Source: Clostridia bacterium
Lineage (GTDB): Bacteria; Bacillota; Clostridia; UMGS1883
Length of the DNA stretch: 19,330 nt
NCBI GenBank assembly: GCA_051866635.1
Contig: JBJDXJ010000010.1
Coordinates: forward strand, 1-19,330
Direction of reading: 5' to 3'
Below the pieces are notes generated by a model. It did no database searches and had not been told where the DNA came from. It saw nothing but the letters and a program-made list of their open reading frames with translations. The position numbers and the translations under genes are program-made. This document shows, in pieces, positions 9,301 to 16,717 of this stretch (the stretch's first letter is position 1; every line of letters starts with the position of its first letter).

Positions 9301-11836
9301 CATCTGTTTCATAACCTGAGAATGCACCTGTTGCACTATCATTATTCTTGACATAGTAGTAGCTGTGCTTATTATCAATTGTAATTTCAATAGCTGTATT
9401 ATCGTTTCTTCCTGCGGAACGGTCTGATATTGTAACAACTTTATTTTCTCCCGGCTTTTGGGGATAAAGAATTGTGTCAAAAGTAACAGTAGAGCCTGTT
9501 TTTGAGTATGAAGCATACTTACTTGACGCAACCAAGCCATAGTCGGCACTGTGGAAACCGTCACGAATAAGTGCACTGTCGCTACCTGCATTTGCGATAG
9601 TAATGTTTGCTTCGTTATAGAAGTTTGTTGTAGCCACATTATCTTTCATTTCTGCATTTGACGAGGGCATAAAGTGCCAGTTTTGGCGGTATTCGCGGCT
9701 ACTTGAGCCTGTGACATAATCTGTGACAATACTGTAGCCGTCTTTGAGGTACATTACATTTCTTGTGTGTGTTGTGCCGGAGTAACCTGTTTGGACAGAT
9801 GTGCCAAAGTCAAAGGAATTAGTATTTACCGCATATTCCAAGGGCTTTGCGGCGTTTGCATGTGACGCCATAGATACGCCTACTGCTTCAATTGTATTAT
9901 GTGCTGAAGCATATCTGAGGTCGTTGTAAATTGTGTTAAAGTTTGAATAACTGTAACGTCCGCTGTCAACCAAAAGTGGCTTTCCGTAAGCGTACATAAC
10001 AATACTGTTGCTGTCGGGATGTGCATGACCGTCAAAGGGATTGTTATTCAGTTGCATATAAACAGCTTCATCGGGGTTCCAGCTGTTACGCATAATCATC
10101 GTGTTGGCATTATGATAAGTGCTTGAATAATATTCAGGGTCATTATCATCTGTTCCGTTTACAAAGGCATTGATTATAGAGTCGCTACCATAAAAGTCAG
10201 CCAAATCACTAAATACGCTCATTCTGTCACGGTAGTTAGAGTCACCTATGTTTGTATCATAGCCATCGGGATAAATGCTCTCTAAAGCAAATCTTGCCGC
10301 ATAACGGAGCTTTTCTGTAAAGGTTTTATCCAAAGGTCTGCCGTTTAATTCAGCCATTCTTGCACAGTCACCGAATAGCTCAACGCACCATACGGCGTAG
10401 GCAGGTCCTGCTTCGGCAAAGCTCATGTCTTCTTTAAAAAGAAGGTCCAAGGTGTAATTAATATTGCCTTCGAGTTTGCTTCTCCAAGTTGAGTAGTTCT
10501 TAAATTCGGGGAAATATTCATTACCCTTGAAAAATCCTGCGTTTGCAACAATTCTCCAGTTGCTCCACCAATAGCTGCCATTTGTAATGTCAAGCCCTGC
10601 AAGATAGTTACAGTCGCCCCACATAAAGGATATTATATTGCATACCTTATCGGGATTATTCTGTACAGCAGGTGTGTCAATAAGTGCATCTAAAACATCA
10701 ACCCAGCGGTTTAATCTTTCACCTGTTTCAAGTGTACGGTTGTAGCCGTAGCTCTTTTGTGTGGCAAAAGCGTCCATAAGTTCAATTAGCTTCTCACCGA
10801 AAACTGAACCGTCGGGATAAAGAGGATGGCTTTCTGCATATGCTTCGGGGTCTTCGAGATATGTAATATACTCATAAGCCATACTGCGTGCAAACCAGAA
10901 ACGTGTTGTTACGTTTTGGTATTCTCCGTCTGCACCGCCCGGCTGTTGCCATGTGGGAACAGTGGCATTCTGGTAAGAATAAATATTACCGCCGATTGTA
11001 GCCCATGTAAGCTTGTTTTCCTCCCACATAGTGTCTCCGACGCTTATTATATGAACATCAAGGCTACTAACAGTTGCATCGCTCGCAAGTTTTGCATAAA
11101 GCTTCATTGTAGCCTTTGTTACTGTTTGGTTTGCCGCCTCGGTTAAAGGGAAATTAATATACGCTCGTCTTGTCTGAGTGCTAAAAGGAGAAGTTACAGA
11201 ATCGCTCTGTTCTTTAACATAAAGTTCTTCTGCTTCACCGTAAGTCGTACTTGTAGCACCTGAATTTACATATGTGTCATTATCAGGGCGAATTTCATAA
11301 ACTGCACCCTCGGCGGTTTCAACTACAAGCACAGGTTCATACCCTGCGTATTCCTTAGAGGCAACCAAAACAGGATATGCTTGTTTTTGCCTTTCAAAAA
11401 GCATTACGGAAACAGCCTGATTATTAAGTTCCTGTTTAACTTTTTCTGTCAAATCAGCCTCGTAAAGAGAATAGTCCTTGCTTGTAACAGTGATACGATT
11501 AAGCCAAACGTCAAACTCGTAAGGACCTGTTAAAATATTGTCAAGGGGAAGTACTGCCTGACCATAATTTTCGTCATCAGCAGTAATGGGGAAAGCTGAA
11601 GCCTCACCATTTGCCTTTCTCTCTGACAGATATTTGAGAAGCTCTGTCTTTGCCAAAGCATAATCTCTCTTGTCTACTGCGGATTTTACATCTGCCATAG
11701 CGGGATTTTGTGCATAATCAAATTTTGCGAAAAAAGTTGCATCGCTCATGCTTGCCGCACTTGATGTTATGGGGATAACGCCCAAAACCGAAAGAGCAAG
11801 TGCGAGAGTAAGCACAACACTTAAAAACCTTTTCAT
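6347..11836 (-). CDS. Secreted multidomain heparinase II/III-family (PL12-like) polysaccharide lyase with DNRLRE/CBM96-like, CBM4_9-like, MucBP-like and LamG domains
   Basis: Signal peptide MKRFLSVVLTLALALSVLGVIPITSSA. Lyase motifs SNWRIV, EAGPAY, PDGYDTNIGDS, MRNSW, GHAHPD, LLVDSGRYSY, SAHNTI. NIITNGDF...LYLSDFELYE (CBM4_9-like, ~8435-8975). VTVKHV / VTINYVDDKGNSI (MucBP-like). LAHFTFD...FQIGK...FNGYIDDFMIFNYALT (LamG, ~7340-7945). Start at ATG 11836 with AGGAG RBS. Confidence 0.85.
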   Translation of the reverse strand: MKRFLSVVLTLALALSVLGVIPITSSAASMSDATFFAKFDYAQNPAMADVKSAVDKRDYALAKTELLKYLSERKANGEASAFPITADDENYGQAVLPLDNILTGPYEFDVWLNRITVTSKDYSLYEADLTEKVKQELNNQAVSVMLFERQKQAYPVLVASKEYAGYEPVLVVETAEGAVYEIRPDNDTYVNSGATSTTYGEAEELYVKEQSDSVTSPFSTQTRRAYINFPLTEAANQTVTKATMKLYAKLASDATVSSLDVHIISVGDTMWEENKLTWATIGGNIYSYQNATVPTWQQPGGADGEYQNVTTRFWFARSMAYEYITYLEDPEAYAESHPLYPDGSVFGEKLIELMDAFATQKSYGYNRTLETGERLNRWVDVLDALIDTPAVQNNPDKVCNIISFMWGDCNYLAGLDITNGSYWWSNWRIVANAGFFKGNEYFPEFKNYSTWRSKLEGNINYTLDLLFKEDMSFAEAGPAYAVWCVELFGDCARMAELNGRPLDKTFTEKLRYAARFALESIYPDGYDTNIGDSNYRDRMSVFSDLADFYGSDSIINAFVNGTDDNDPEYYSSTYHNANTMIMRNSWNPDEAVYMQLNNNPFDGHAHPDSNSIVMYAYGKPLLVDSGRYSYSNFNTIYNDLRYASAHNTIEAVGVSMASHANAAKPLEYAVNTNSFDFGTSVQTGYSGTTHTRNVMYLKDGYSIVTDYVTGSSSREYRQNWHFMPSSNAEMKDNVATTNFYNEANITIANAGSDSALIRDGFHSADYGLVASSKYASYSKTGSTVTFDTILYPQKPGENKVVTISDRSAGRNDNTAIEITIDNKHSYYYVKNNDSATGAFSGYETDAKMAYVTEDEDFIAIVDGSKISGLIESENTITAMSLSVADGVLEIESKNLVADTENAIAITMDGITSVTLNGEEIPFNAVDGVVYAVRSTDIAGSGDISFNGKEYNIVGENIITNGDFSDGTTDWTNASEGAQYSGTVSSQNAHGESMSLTNTASAGGSAASTLRRFVPIEGGKSYYLSYYAYATEATTGNAQMSAAVLTKGSPVYGNFNGLSYYNYNTYGGMNSWSSEASNEQIGGSVTRADDLYNQGMNHKEFVFNAPEDAEHIMLSFFAWTDTGRLYLSDFELYELEEIVNEDAVATIVTVEFIEDIGNTIANSITEEIGEGEIYIYKAPETIIYNDEYFVLDEKNSTLSCKTVRGENTISAVYNKVGLVTVKHVAENGTSLAEEETVEVSIGEEFDGSKYAKSSIIYESKVYNYSNNADDVIIVSAKISENVIELVYVDSAEEFDGKLAHFTFDDEETGFATKYAKATATGKNILSDEAMRGKSLHFDGTGANYLNITDADGNALLTGLDEVTIVFYAKIPGTSTSWSVFMAPDSNAQSYNNEHYVGVINWGTSIKIERYNNSGSRPNCIETATKQNEWQKFALVIEEDQTTLYVDGEKTTLASSYKLSDILGNNSIFQIGKANWGSGEYFNGYIDDFMIFNYALTEDEILALDSEASEVTINYVDDKGNSITESSKTALLIGEILVESKIKYETVIETASTAYLFKEIKGLGAVADGSDIVVNVIYTEAVLNKTTYNATKGDSLRSATDSSLTDFASESGSDYPNRLMTDNRWYKRAGVMCFEVSVPVGAVVTKAEVKLHVNSSNGTNGAAIYTADTLPEIWSRGNVSGFALPSEPIGAGSYDGTYMTFDVTDYIKESASINFAVFTTVDQQYIIYDSENTTFVPELIVETATEKVTKFELVGDSAVYTSFDGENATVTVAYYDVDGSIVKVESKSGSDEQISVTIDKTVANAVTYKAFVWKSKDSLKPIMTPIEGTLN

Positions 11837-11867
11837 TTTACCACTCCTAACCATAAAATATATGATA

Positions 11868-11896
11868 ATTGTATCAAAAAAAGCTTATCTTTGCAA
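11868..11896 (-). promoter_or_regulatory. Putative sigma-A promoter for the lyase gene
   Basis: Minus strand TTGCAA (11896-11891), 17-nt spacer ending TGA, TACAAT (11873-11868). Confidence 0.6.
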
Positions 11897-11949
11897 CAGT
11901 TTATTGTGCCAAATGCATAAATAAATTGACGCTTTTTTTAACAGAACAC

Positions 11950-11978
11950 TTGCAATATGGCAAATAATATGCGATAAT
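11950..11978 (+). promoter_or_regulatory. Putative sigma-A promoter for the aminotransferase-rsmF-ppa operon
   Basis: TTGCAA (11950-11955), 17-nt spacer ending TGC, GATAAT (11973-11978). Confidence 0.45.
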
Positions 11979-12013
11979 AAAATAGATAACATATAAAGAT
12001 AAGGTGATTTAAC

Positions 12014-13186
12014 TTGAATATTTCCACATCCAAAAGGCTTGACCATTTTAAAACAGGCATTTTCGCCTTTCTTGACGAAAAGCGTCTTGCTTTGGAGGCA
12101 CAGGGACGGGAGGTTATTAATTTTTCCATAGGTACACCTGATTTTGTTGCACCCAAGGAAGTCGTAGCTTCACTTTCAAAAGGTGCTTCCGACCCCACTA
12201 CTTACGGCTATACTTTAACAGAAATCCCTTCTCTTAAAGAGGCGTTATGTAAGTACTATAAAAAAAGGTTCAATGCCACTATATATCCTGATGAAATAAC
12301 TGCTGTTAACGGCAGTCAAGAGGGTATCGGTCATTTGGCGATGGCTCTTTGTGACAAAGGCGACATTGCCCTTCTCCCTAACCCCGGCTACCCTGTTTTT
12401 TCCGCCGGTGCTTATCTTGGCGGTGCGGAAGAATATTATTACCCTGTTTTAGAGGAAAATGATTATCTTCCAAAGCTTGATAATATTCCTGAAGATGTTT
12501 TAGAAAGAGCAAAGTACATAATAGTCTCATATCCCTTAAACCCTGTTTGCGCCACAGCTCCTGATGAATTTTATGACGAGCTTATTTTGTGGGCGAAAAA
12601 GCATAATATAATTGTAATTCATGACAACGCTTATTCCGACATTATTTATGACGGTAAGGTGGGCGGATCTTTTCTGTCACATGAGGGTGCAAAGGATGTG
12701 GGTATTGAATTTTTCTCTCTTTCAAAATCATTCAATCTTACAGGGGCAAGAGTTTCTTTTGCAATAGGCAACAAGGATGTTATAAATGCAATAAAAAAGC
12801 TCAGAAGCCAGTACGACTTTGGTATTTTCCGCCCCATACAAGAAGCAGCTGTTACAGCTTTAACAGAGGATTATACTGAATTTTTGAAAAACCAGCGTGA
12901 GGAATATCAAGCACGGCGAGATGCACTTTGTGACGGACTTTCTTCTATAGGTTGGAATGTAAAAAAAGGCAGCGGAACCATGTTTGCATGGATGCGTATT
13001 CCCGAAAAGTTTACTTCTTCGGAAGAATTTTGTTTTGAACTTTTGGAAAAAACAGGTGTTTTGTGCACTCCCGGAATTTCTTTCGGTTCTTTAGGTGAAG
13101 GTTATGTGCGTTTTGCCCTTACAAAAACAGTTGATGAAATTAAAAGGGCTGTTAAAATGATTGATGAAAGTGGTATATTAAAGTGA
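12014..13186 (+). CDS. PLP-dependent aminotransferase class I/II (LL-diaminopimelate aminotransferase-like)
   Basis: INFSIGTPD, GSQEGIGH, PNPGYPVF, SYPLNP, HDNAYSD, FSLSKSFNLTGARV (PLP lysine), GEGYVRFAL. TTG start with AAGGTG RBS. Confidence 0.9.
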   Translation: MNISTSKRLDHFKTGIFAFLDEKRLALEAQGREVINFSIGTPDFVAPKEVVASLSKGASDPTTYGYTLTEIPSLKEALCKYYKKRFNATIYPDEITAVNGSQEGIGHLAMALCDKGDIALLPNPGYPVFSAGAYLGGAEEYYYPVLEENDYLPKLDNIPEDVLERAKYIIVSYPLNPVCATAPDEFYDELILWAKKHNIIVIHDNAYSDIIYDGKVGGSFLSHEGAKDVGIEFFSLSKSFNLTGARVSFAIGNKDVINAIKKLRSQYDFGIFRPIQEAAVTALTEDYTEFLKNQREEYQARRDALCDGLSSIGWNVKKGSGTMFAWMRIPEKFTSSEEFCFELLEKTGVLCTPGISFGSLGEGYVRFALTKTVDEIKRAVKMIDESGILK

Positions 13187-14454
13187 TAGAGCTTCCCATA
13201 GATTTTAAAAACAGAATGAAGGAAACGTTGGGAAGCGAGTACGATGATTTCATTGATTCTTATTCCCTGCCTCCCCTTCACGGTTTTCGTACAAACAGTA
13301 TAAAACTGTCAAACGAAGAACTTTTAAAACTTTTTCCCTACTCAAAAGGAAAGGTTCCTTGGTGTGATACAGGTTTTTACTATGACGGCGGTTTCGGAAA
13401 ACACCCGTGCCACCGTGCAGGACTTTTCTACTCCCAGGAACCGTCGGCAATGATTTCGGCTGAACTTTTAGACCCTAATCCGGGCGATGTGGTTTTAGAC
13501 CTTTGTGCCGCACCGGGAGGAAAGTCAACTCACATTGCATCTAAACTTAAAGGAAAAGGTCTTCTTGTGGCAAATGAAATTGTCCGTTCTCGTGCAAACA
13601 TTCTTCGTGAAAATATCGAAAGAATGGGCATATCAAATGCAGTTGTCACAAATATGTCTCCCGATGAAATGGAAAGTGAGTTTCCTGAATTTTTTGACAA
13701 AATTCTTGTGGATGCACCGTGTTCAGGTGAAGGTATGTTTCGTAAGGACGATGAAGCAATACTTGCATGGAGTATTGAACACACAAATGCCTGTGCTGTA
13801 CGCCAATTACTTATTCTAAACTCTGCTGCAAAGATGCTCAAAGAAGGAGGTACGCTTCTTTATTCAACATGTACCTTTTCTCCCGTTGAAAACGAAGGAA
13901 CAGTTTCCGCATTTCTTTCAGAGCACAGTGATTTTGAACTTCTTTTGTCTGAGCATATTTATCCCCACACTTCTTTAGGTGAAGGTCACTTTGCGGCTAA
14001 ACTTATAAAGAAAGGTGAAGGTAACAGAAAAGACAGAAAACCTTTAGTAAAAGAAGCGGACGGGACCCTTTTCAGGCAGTTTGAAAAGGAAAACCTGAAC
14101 ACACACTTAGAAGGAAAGCTTGTACTTTTCGGTGAAAACCTTTACCTAATTCCATCTTCTTTCGGAGATATTGGAAATATTAAAATTGTTCTTCCCGGCC
14201 TTCATCTCGGAGAGCTGAAAAAGAACAGGTTTGAGCCTTCACACCATTTGGCTTTATCATTAAAAGAGGATGATTTTAAAACTGTTTATATAGGTACATA
14301 TGATGAAATCTCTGCTTTCTTTCAAGGCAATACCATAAGTGCAGAACTTCCCAGTGGTTGGGGTGCAATGCTTTATGATAAATATCCCATTGGTTGGTTT
14401 AAATCGGTTAACGGTACACTTAAAAACCATTATCCGAAAAAATTACGTGGTTAA
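13183..14454 (+). CDS. RsmF/RsmB (NOL1/NOP2/Sun) rRNA cytosine-C5 methyltransferase
   Basis: YSQEPSAM, VLDLCAAPGGKST, ILVDAPCSGEGMFRKD, YSTCTFSPVENE, C-terminal RFEPSH and LKNHYPKKLR. GTGA overlap with the upstream stop. Confidence 0.93.
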   Translation: MIELPIDFKNRMKETLGSEYDDFIDSYSLPPLHGFRTNSIKLSNEELLKLFPYSKGKVPWCDTGFYYDGGFGKHPCHRAGLFYSQEPSAMISAELLDPNPGDVVLDLCAAPGGKSTHIASKLKGKGLLVANEIVRSRANILRENIERMGISNAVVTNMSPDEMESEFPEFFDKILVDAPCSGEGMFRKDDEAILAWSIEHTNACAVRQLLILNSAAKMLKEGGTLLYSTCTFSPVENEGTVSAFLSEHSDFELLLSEHIYPHTSLGEGHFAAKLIKKGEGNRKDRKPLVKEADGTLFRQFEKENLNTHLEGKLVLFGENLYLIPSSFGDIGNIKIVLPGLHLGELKKNRFEPSHHLALSLKEDDFKTVYIGTYDEISAFFQGNTISAELPSGWGAMLYDKYPIGWFKSVNGTLKNHYPKKLRG

Positions 14455-14477
14455 TTATTTTAGAAAGGGTGTATATA

Positions 14478-15008
14478 ATGAACATTTGGCATGACATTTC
14501 AAAAGACAGAATTAAAAAGGATGATTTTGTAGCTGTAATCGAAATTCCTAAGGGTTGTAAAAACAAGTACGAGCTTGACAAGGAAACAGGTATGATAGTG
14601 CTTGACCGTGTACTTTACACATCAACACATTATCCTGCAAACTATGGTTTTATCCCCCGCACTTATGCAGGCGATAATGACCCTTTGGACGTTCTTGTGC
14701 TTTGTCAGGAAAGAATTGACCCTGCCGTTTTGGTACGTGTATATCCTATCGGCGTTATTAAAATGATTGACGGCGGTGAGGTTGACGAAAAAATTATCGC
14801 TCTTCCATTTAAAGACCCTACATACTCTGGTTATAAGGAGCTTTCTGACCTTCCTGAACACATATTTAAAGAAATCACTCATTTCTTTGAAGTGTATAAA
14901 CTTCTTGAAAATAAAGAAACTGCTGTTAAAGAAGTTTTAGGACGTACTGCCGCAGAAGAAATTATTGAAAACTGCATGAACGCATACAACAAAAAATTCA
15001 GTAAATAA
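14478..15008 (+). CDS. ppa: Family I soluble inorganic pyrophosphatase
   Basis: IEIPKG..NKYELDK, LDRVLY, YPANYGFIPRT, DNDPLDVLV, DEKIIA, HFFEVYK. ATG at 14478 after GAAAGGG. Confidence 0.95.
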   Translation: MNIWHDISKDRIKKDDFVAVIEIPKGCKNKYELDKETGMIVLDRVLYTSTHYPANYGFIPRTYAGDNDPLDVLVLCQERIDPAVLVRVYPIGVIKMIDGGEVDEKIIALPFKDPTYSGYKELSDLPEHIFKEITHFFEVYKLLENKETAVKEVLGRTAAEEIIENCMNAYNKKFSK

Positions 15009-15185
15009 ATTAAAGGGCTGTAAAAAAAGTCAACACTGAGATAACAAAAAGACCATTTCGGGACTGTCCCAACAAAACCTCGCAAGGTTTCTTTGGCAAA
15101 TTGTCTCCCAATTTGCCACAAGGGGGACTGTCCCAAATGGTCTTAACTTATTTCTTTAGAGACTTTTTTGCAGCCTCTTTAATTT
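15007..15185. repeat. Nested inverted-repeat element (MITE/REP-like or structured RNA) between convergent ppa and bsh
   Basis: Outer IR GGCTGTAAAAAAAGTC (15016-15031) / GACTTTTTTGCAGCC (15161-15175). Inner IR AAGACCATTT (15049-15058) / AAATGGTCTT (15135-15144). Two copies of GGGACTGTCCC (15060-15070, 15124-15134). Internal hairpins at 15075-15090 and 15094-15118. Confidence 0.8.
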
Positions 15186-16144
15186 TGGAAAAGAACATTT
15201 TGCTTTTTTAAAAGCGGATAACTTATCAGTTCTTTTCCGTCAAGATTTTCTTTATACATATCAACGGCATTTATCTGACTGTTGTCATAGGTTTTATAAT
15301 AATATATACCTTTATCTGTATTGCAACAGGAGGAATATATTGTTAATTCATACTTGTCACCTAATTTTACACATCCTCGTTGTTGTTCTACCGAATTTAA
15401 AATGTGAAAGAACTGGCTTACACTTTCATCTTCCCCATCATTGCAGACAGATTTTACTTTAGTAAAAACAGCTTTGACAAACCTGGACTGACTTGATAAA
15501 TCACCGGGAAGTCCCATGGCACCCATACCTCTGCTGTAAGGAGTTAATCCATCCAAAAAAGTGTTTACAGGCTCGTTTATAGACAAGTGCATATAATTGT
15601 TCAAATTAAACATCTGCATATCAAAGGTTGGATTATTTGTAAGGACTCCAACATTGTTTTCGTATACCCTTAACCCGTCCTTTACACTTTCAATGGTTAT
15701 TGACTCGTTTTTGTCAGCAATTATCCAATGGAGCGTTGCCACAGGGAGGCTATCGGAAAAACTGTCGTCTGTAATATTCACGTTTTTAATTAATTCTTTC
15801 GCTTCAAATACACTGCTGCACTTTGACAATACATACTGTATAAACTCAAAAGTTGCAACATTTGTCTTATTTTCATTGCATTTAAAATAAACTGCATTAC
15901 CCGGGAAATTGAGTCCTGCCATGCCAAGACCTTTTTCGTTTATAGCATCGTAATACAACGGGTAGTTATTATCCACATAAGCCATGCCGATTATTGCATG
16001 GTGGAAAGATATATTTTCCCCATTTCTGAAATGAAAGGGGAAATTTCGGGGAGTTATTGTAACCGTTTCATTATACGAATACTCCAAATCAAGATTTCTC
16101 CCGAAATAATTGTCCTTTGTTTTGAAAACTACTGCTGTACACAT
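15179..16144 (-). CDS. bsh: Choloylglycine hydrolase (bile salt hydrolase / penicillin V acylase, Ntn hydrolase)
   Basis: N-terminal MCTA (catalytic Cys2), YFGRNLDLE, DAINEKGL, LHWIIAD, GVLTNNP, YSRGMGAMGLPGDLSSQSRF, TIYSSCCN. GGGAGG RBS at 16153-16158. Confidence 0.93.
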   Translation of the reverse strand: MCTAVVFKTKDNYFGRNLDLEYSYNETVTITPRNFPFHFRNGENISFHHAIIGMAYVDNNYPLYYDAINEKGLGMAGLNFPGNAVYFKCNENKTNVATFEFIQYVLSKCSSVFEAKELIKNVNITDDSFSDSLPVATLHWIIADKNESITIESVKDGLRVYENNVGVLTNNPTFDMQMFNLNNYMHLSINEPVNTFLDGLTPYSRGMGAMGLPGDLSSQSRFVKAVFTKVKSVCNDGEDESVSQFFHILNSVEQQRGCVKLGDKYELTIYSSCCNTDKGIYYYKTYDNSQINAVDMYKENLDGKELISYPLLKKQNVLFQN

Positions 16145-16168
16145 ATGCTTATCCTCCCTATTGTCATC

Positions 16169-16206
16169 AAAATAATCCGATAACTTTATTGTTATCGGAT
16201 TATTTT
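16169..16206 (-). terminator. Terminator-like perfect hairpin immediately upstream of the bsh RBS
   Basis: 16-bp perfect IR AAAATAATCCGATAAC-tttatt-GTTATCGGATTATTTT with a T4 tail on both strands. Confidence 0.7.
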
Positions 16207-16342
16207 AATATATTCAATTTTAAATTACAAATATTAACAAGTTTTCGTTTCACTCTATCTATGCGTATTCTATATGTAAACTCAAATTTTAATTTCTAAG
16301 TAGCTATTTACCATTTAATCAATTGTTCAATGGAAAATCCTC

Positions 16343-16402
16343 CTACATAATTGCATTCAATAAGATACGTTTATTTTGTTTCGACGAAATGAACTTTAAC
16401 AT
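16343..16402 (-). CDS. Putative 19-aa small ORF MLKFISSKQNKRILLNAIM
   Basis: GGAGGG Shine-Dalgarno 8 nt before ATG; TAG stop overlaps the next AGGAGG. Confidence 0.3.
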   Translation of the reverse strand: MLKFISSKQNKRILLNAIM

Positions 16403-16521
16403 TTGACTATCCCTCCGTGCAAAACGAAAACCTTGAAATTCAATTTTAACTTTCTGAATTTATATCCTTTCACAATACAAATCAGAAGAACTTAATCGTA
16501 CATTGGACTGTCCTCCAAAAT

Positions 16522-16560
16522 TTATTTTCTGATAAAATACACTGCTCTTATCATTTTCAT
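16522..16560 (-). CDS. Putative 12-aa small ORF MKMIRAVYFIRK
   Basis: TAAGGA upstream of ATG; paralogous to the 16612-16635 ORF. Confidence 0.3.
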   Translation of the reverse strand: MKMIRAVYFIRK

Positions 16561-16611
16561 ACGGAACACATCCTTAAAATTTTGTCCTTGCTAACTAAGT
16601 TAGCACAATAA

Positions 16612-16635
16612 CTAAACTGCTCGAGTCATCCTCAT
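16612..16635 (-). CDS. Putative 7-aa small ORF MRMTRAV
   Basis: AAAGGAG 8 nt before ATG; paralogous to the 16522-16560 ORF. Confidence 0.3.
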   Translation of the reverse strand: MRMTRAV

Positions 16636-16717
16636 ATTGAACACTCCTTTAAGTTCAACATCTTTCTGCTGAATGATTCTTTTTTCAGCTTTTTCTGTAT
16701 TTCCTTTGTTCAATTAC

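Larger units (their letters stand above)
16169..16711 (-). ncRNA. Candidate ~540-nt GGA-rich non-coding or micro-ORF transcript
   Basis: Bounded by a near-consensus promoter and a terminator-like hairpin. No ORF in the track. 12 GGA triplets on the minus strand versus 3 on the plus strand within 16330-16705. Confidence 0.5.

Noticed and set aside
3453-11146. Antisense and alternative-frame ORFs within murC, GH50 and the lyase (e.g. 3453-3944, 7832-8248, 9229-9639)
   Set aside because: Fully nested in long conserved genes, with no family motifs.
11938-14882. Small ORFs overlapping the aminotransferase, rsmF-like and ppa genes
   Set aside because: Shadow frames with no independent support.
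14879-15136. 85-aa minus-strand ORF starting in the repeat element
   Set aside because: It reads through the palindromic element and antisense into ppa, and has no transposase motifs.
15049-15144. GGGACTGTCCC pair as a mini CRISPR array
   Set aside because: Only two 11-bp copies, organised as nested inverted repeats, and no cas genes.
16589-16605. Palindrome as a CIRCE (HrcA) element
   Set aside because: It shares TTAGCA/TGCTAA but the orientation and spacing do not fit TTAGCACTC-N9-GAGTGCTAA.
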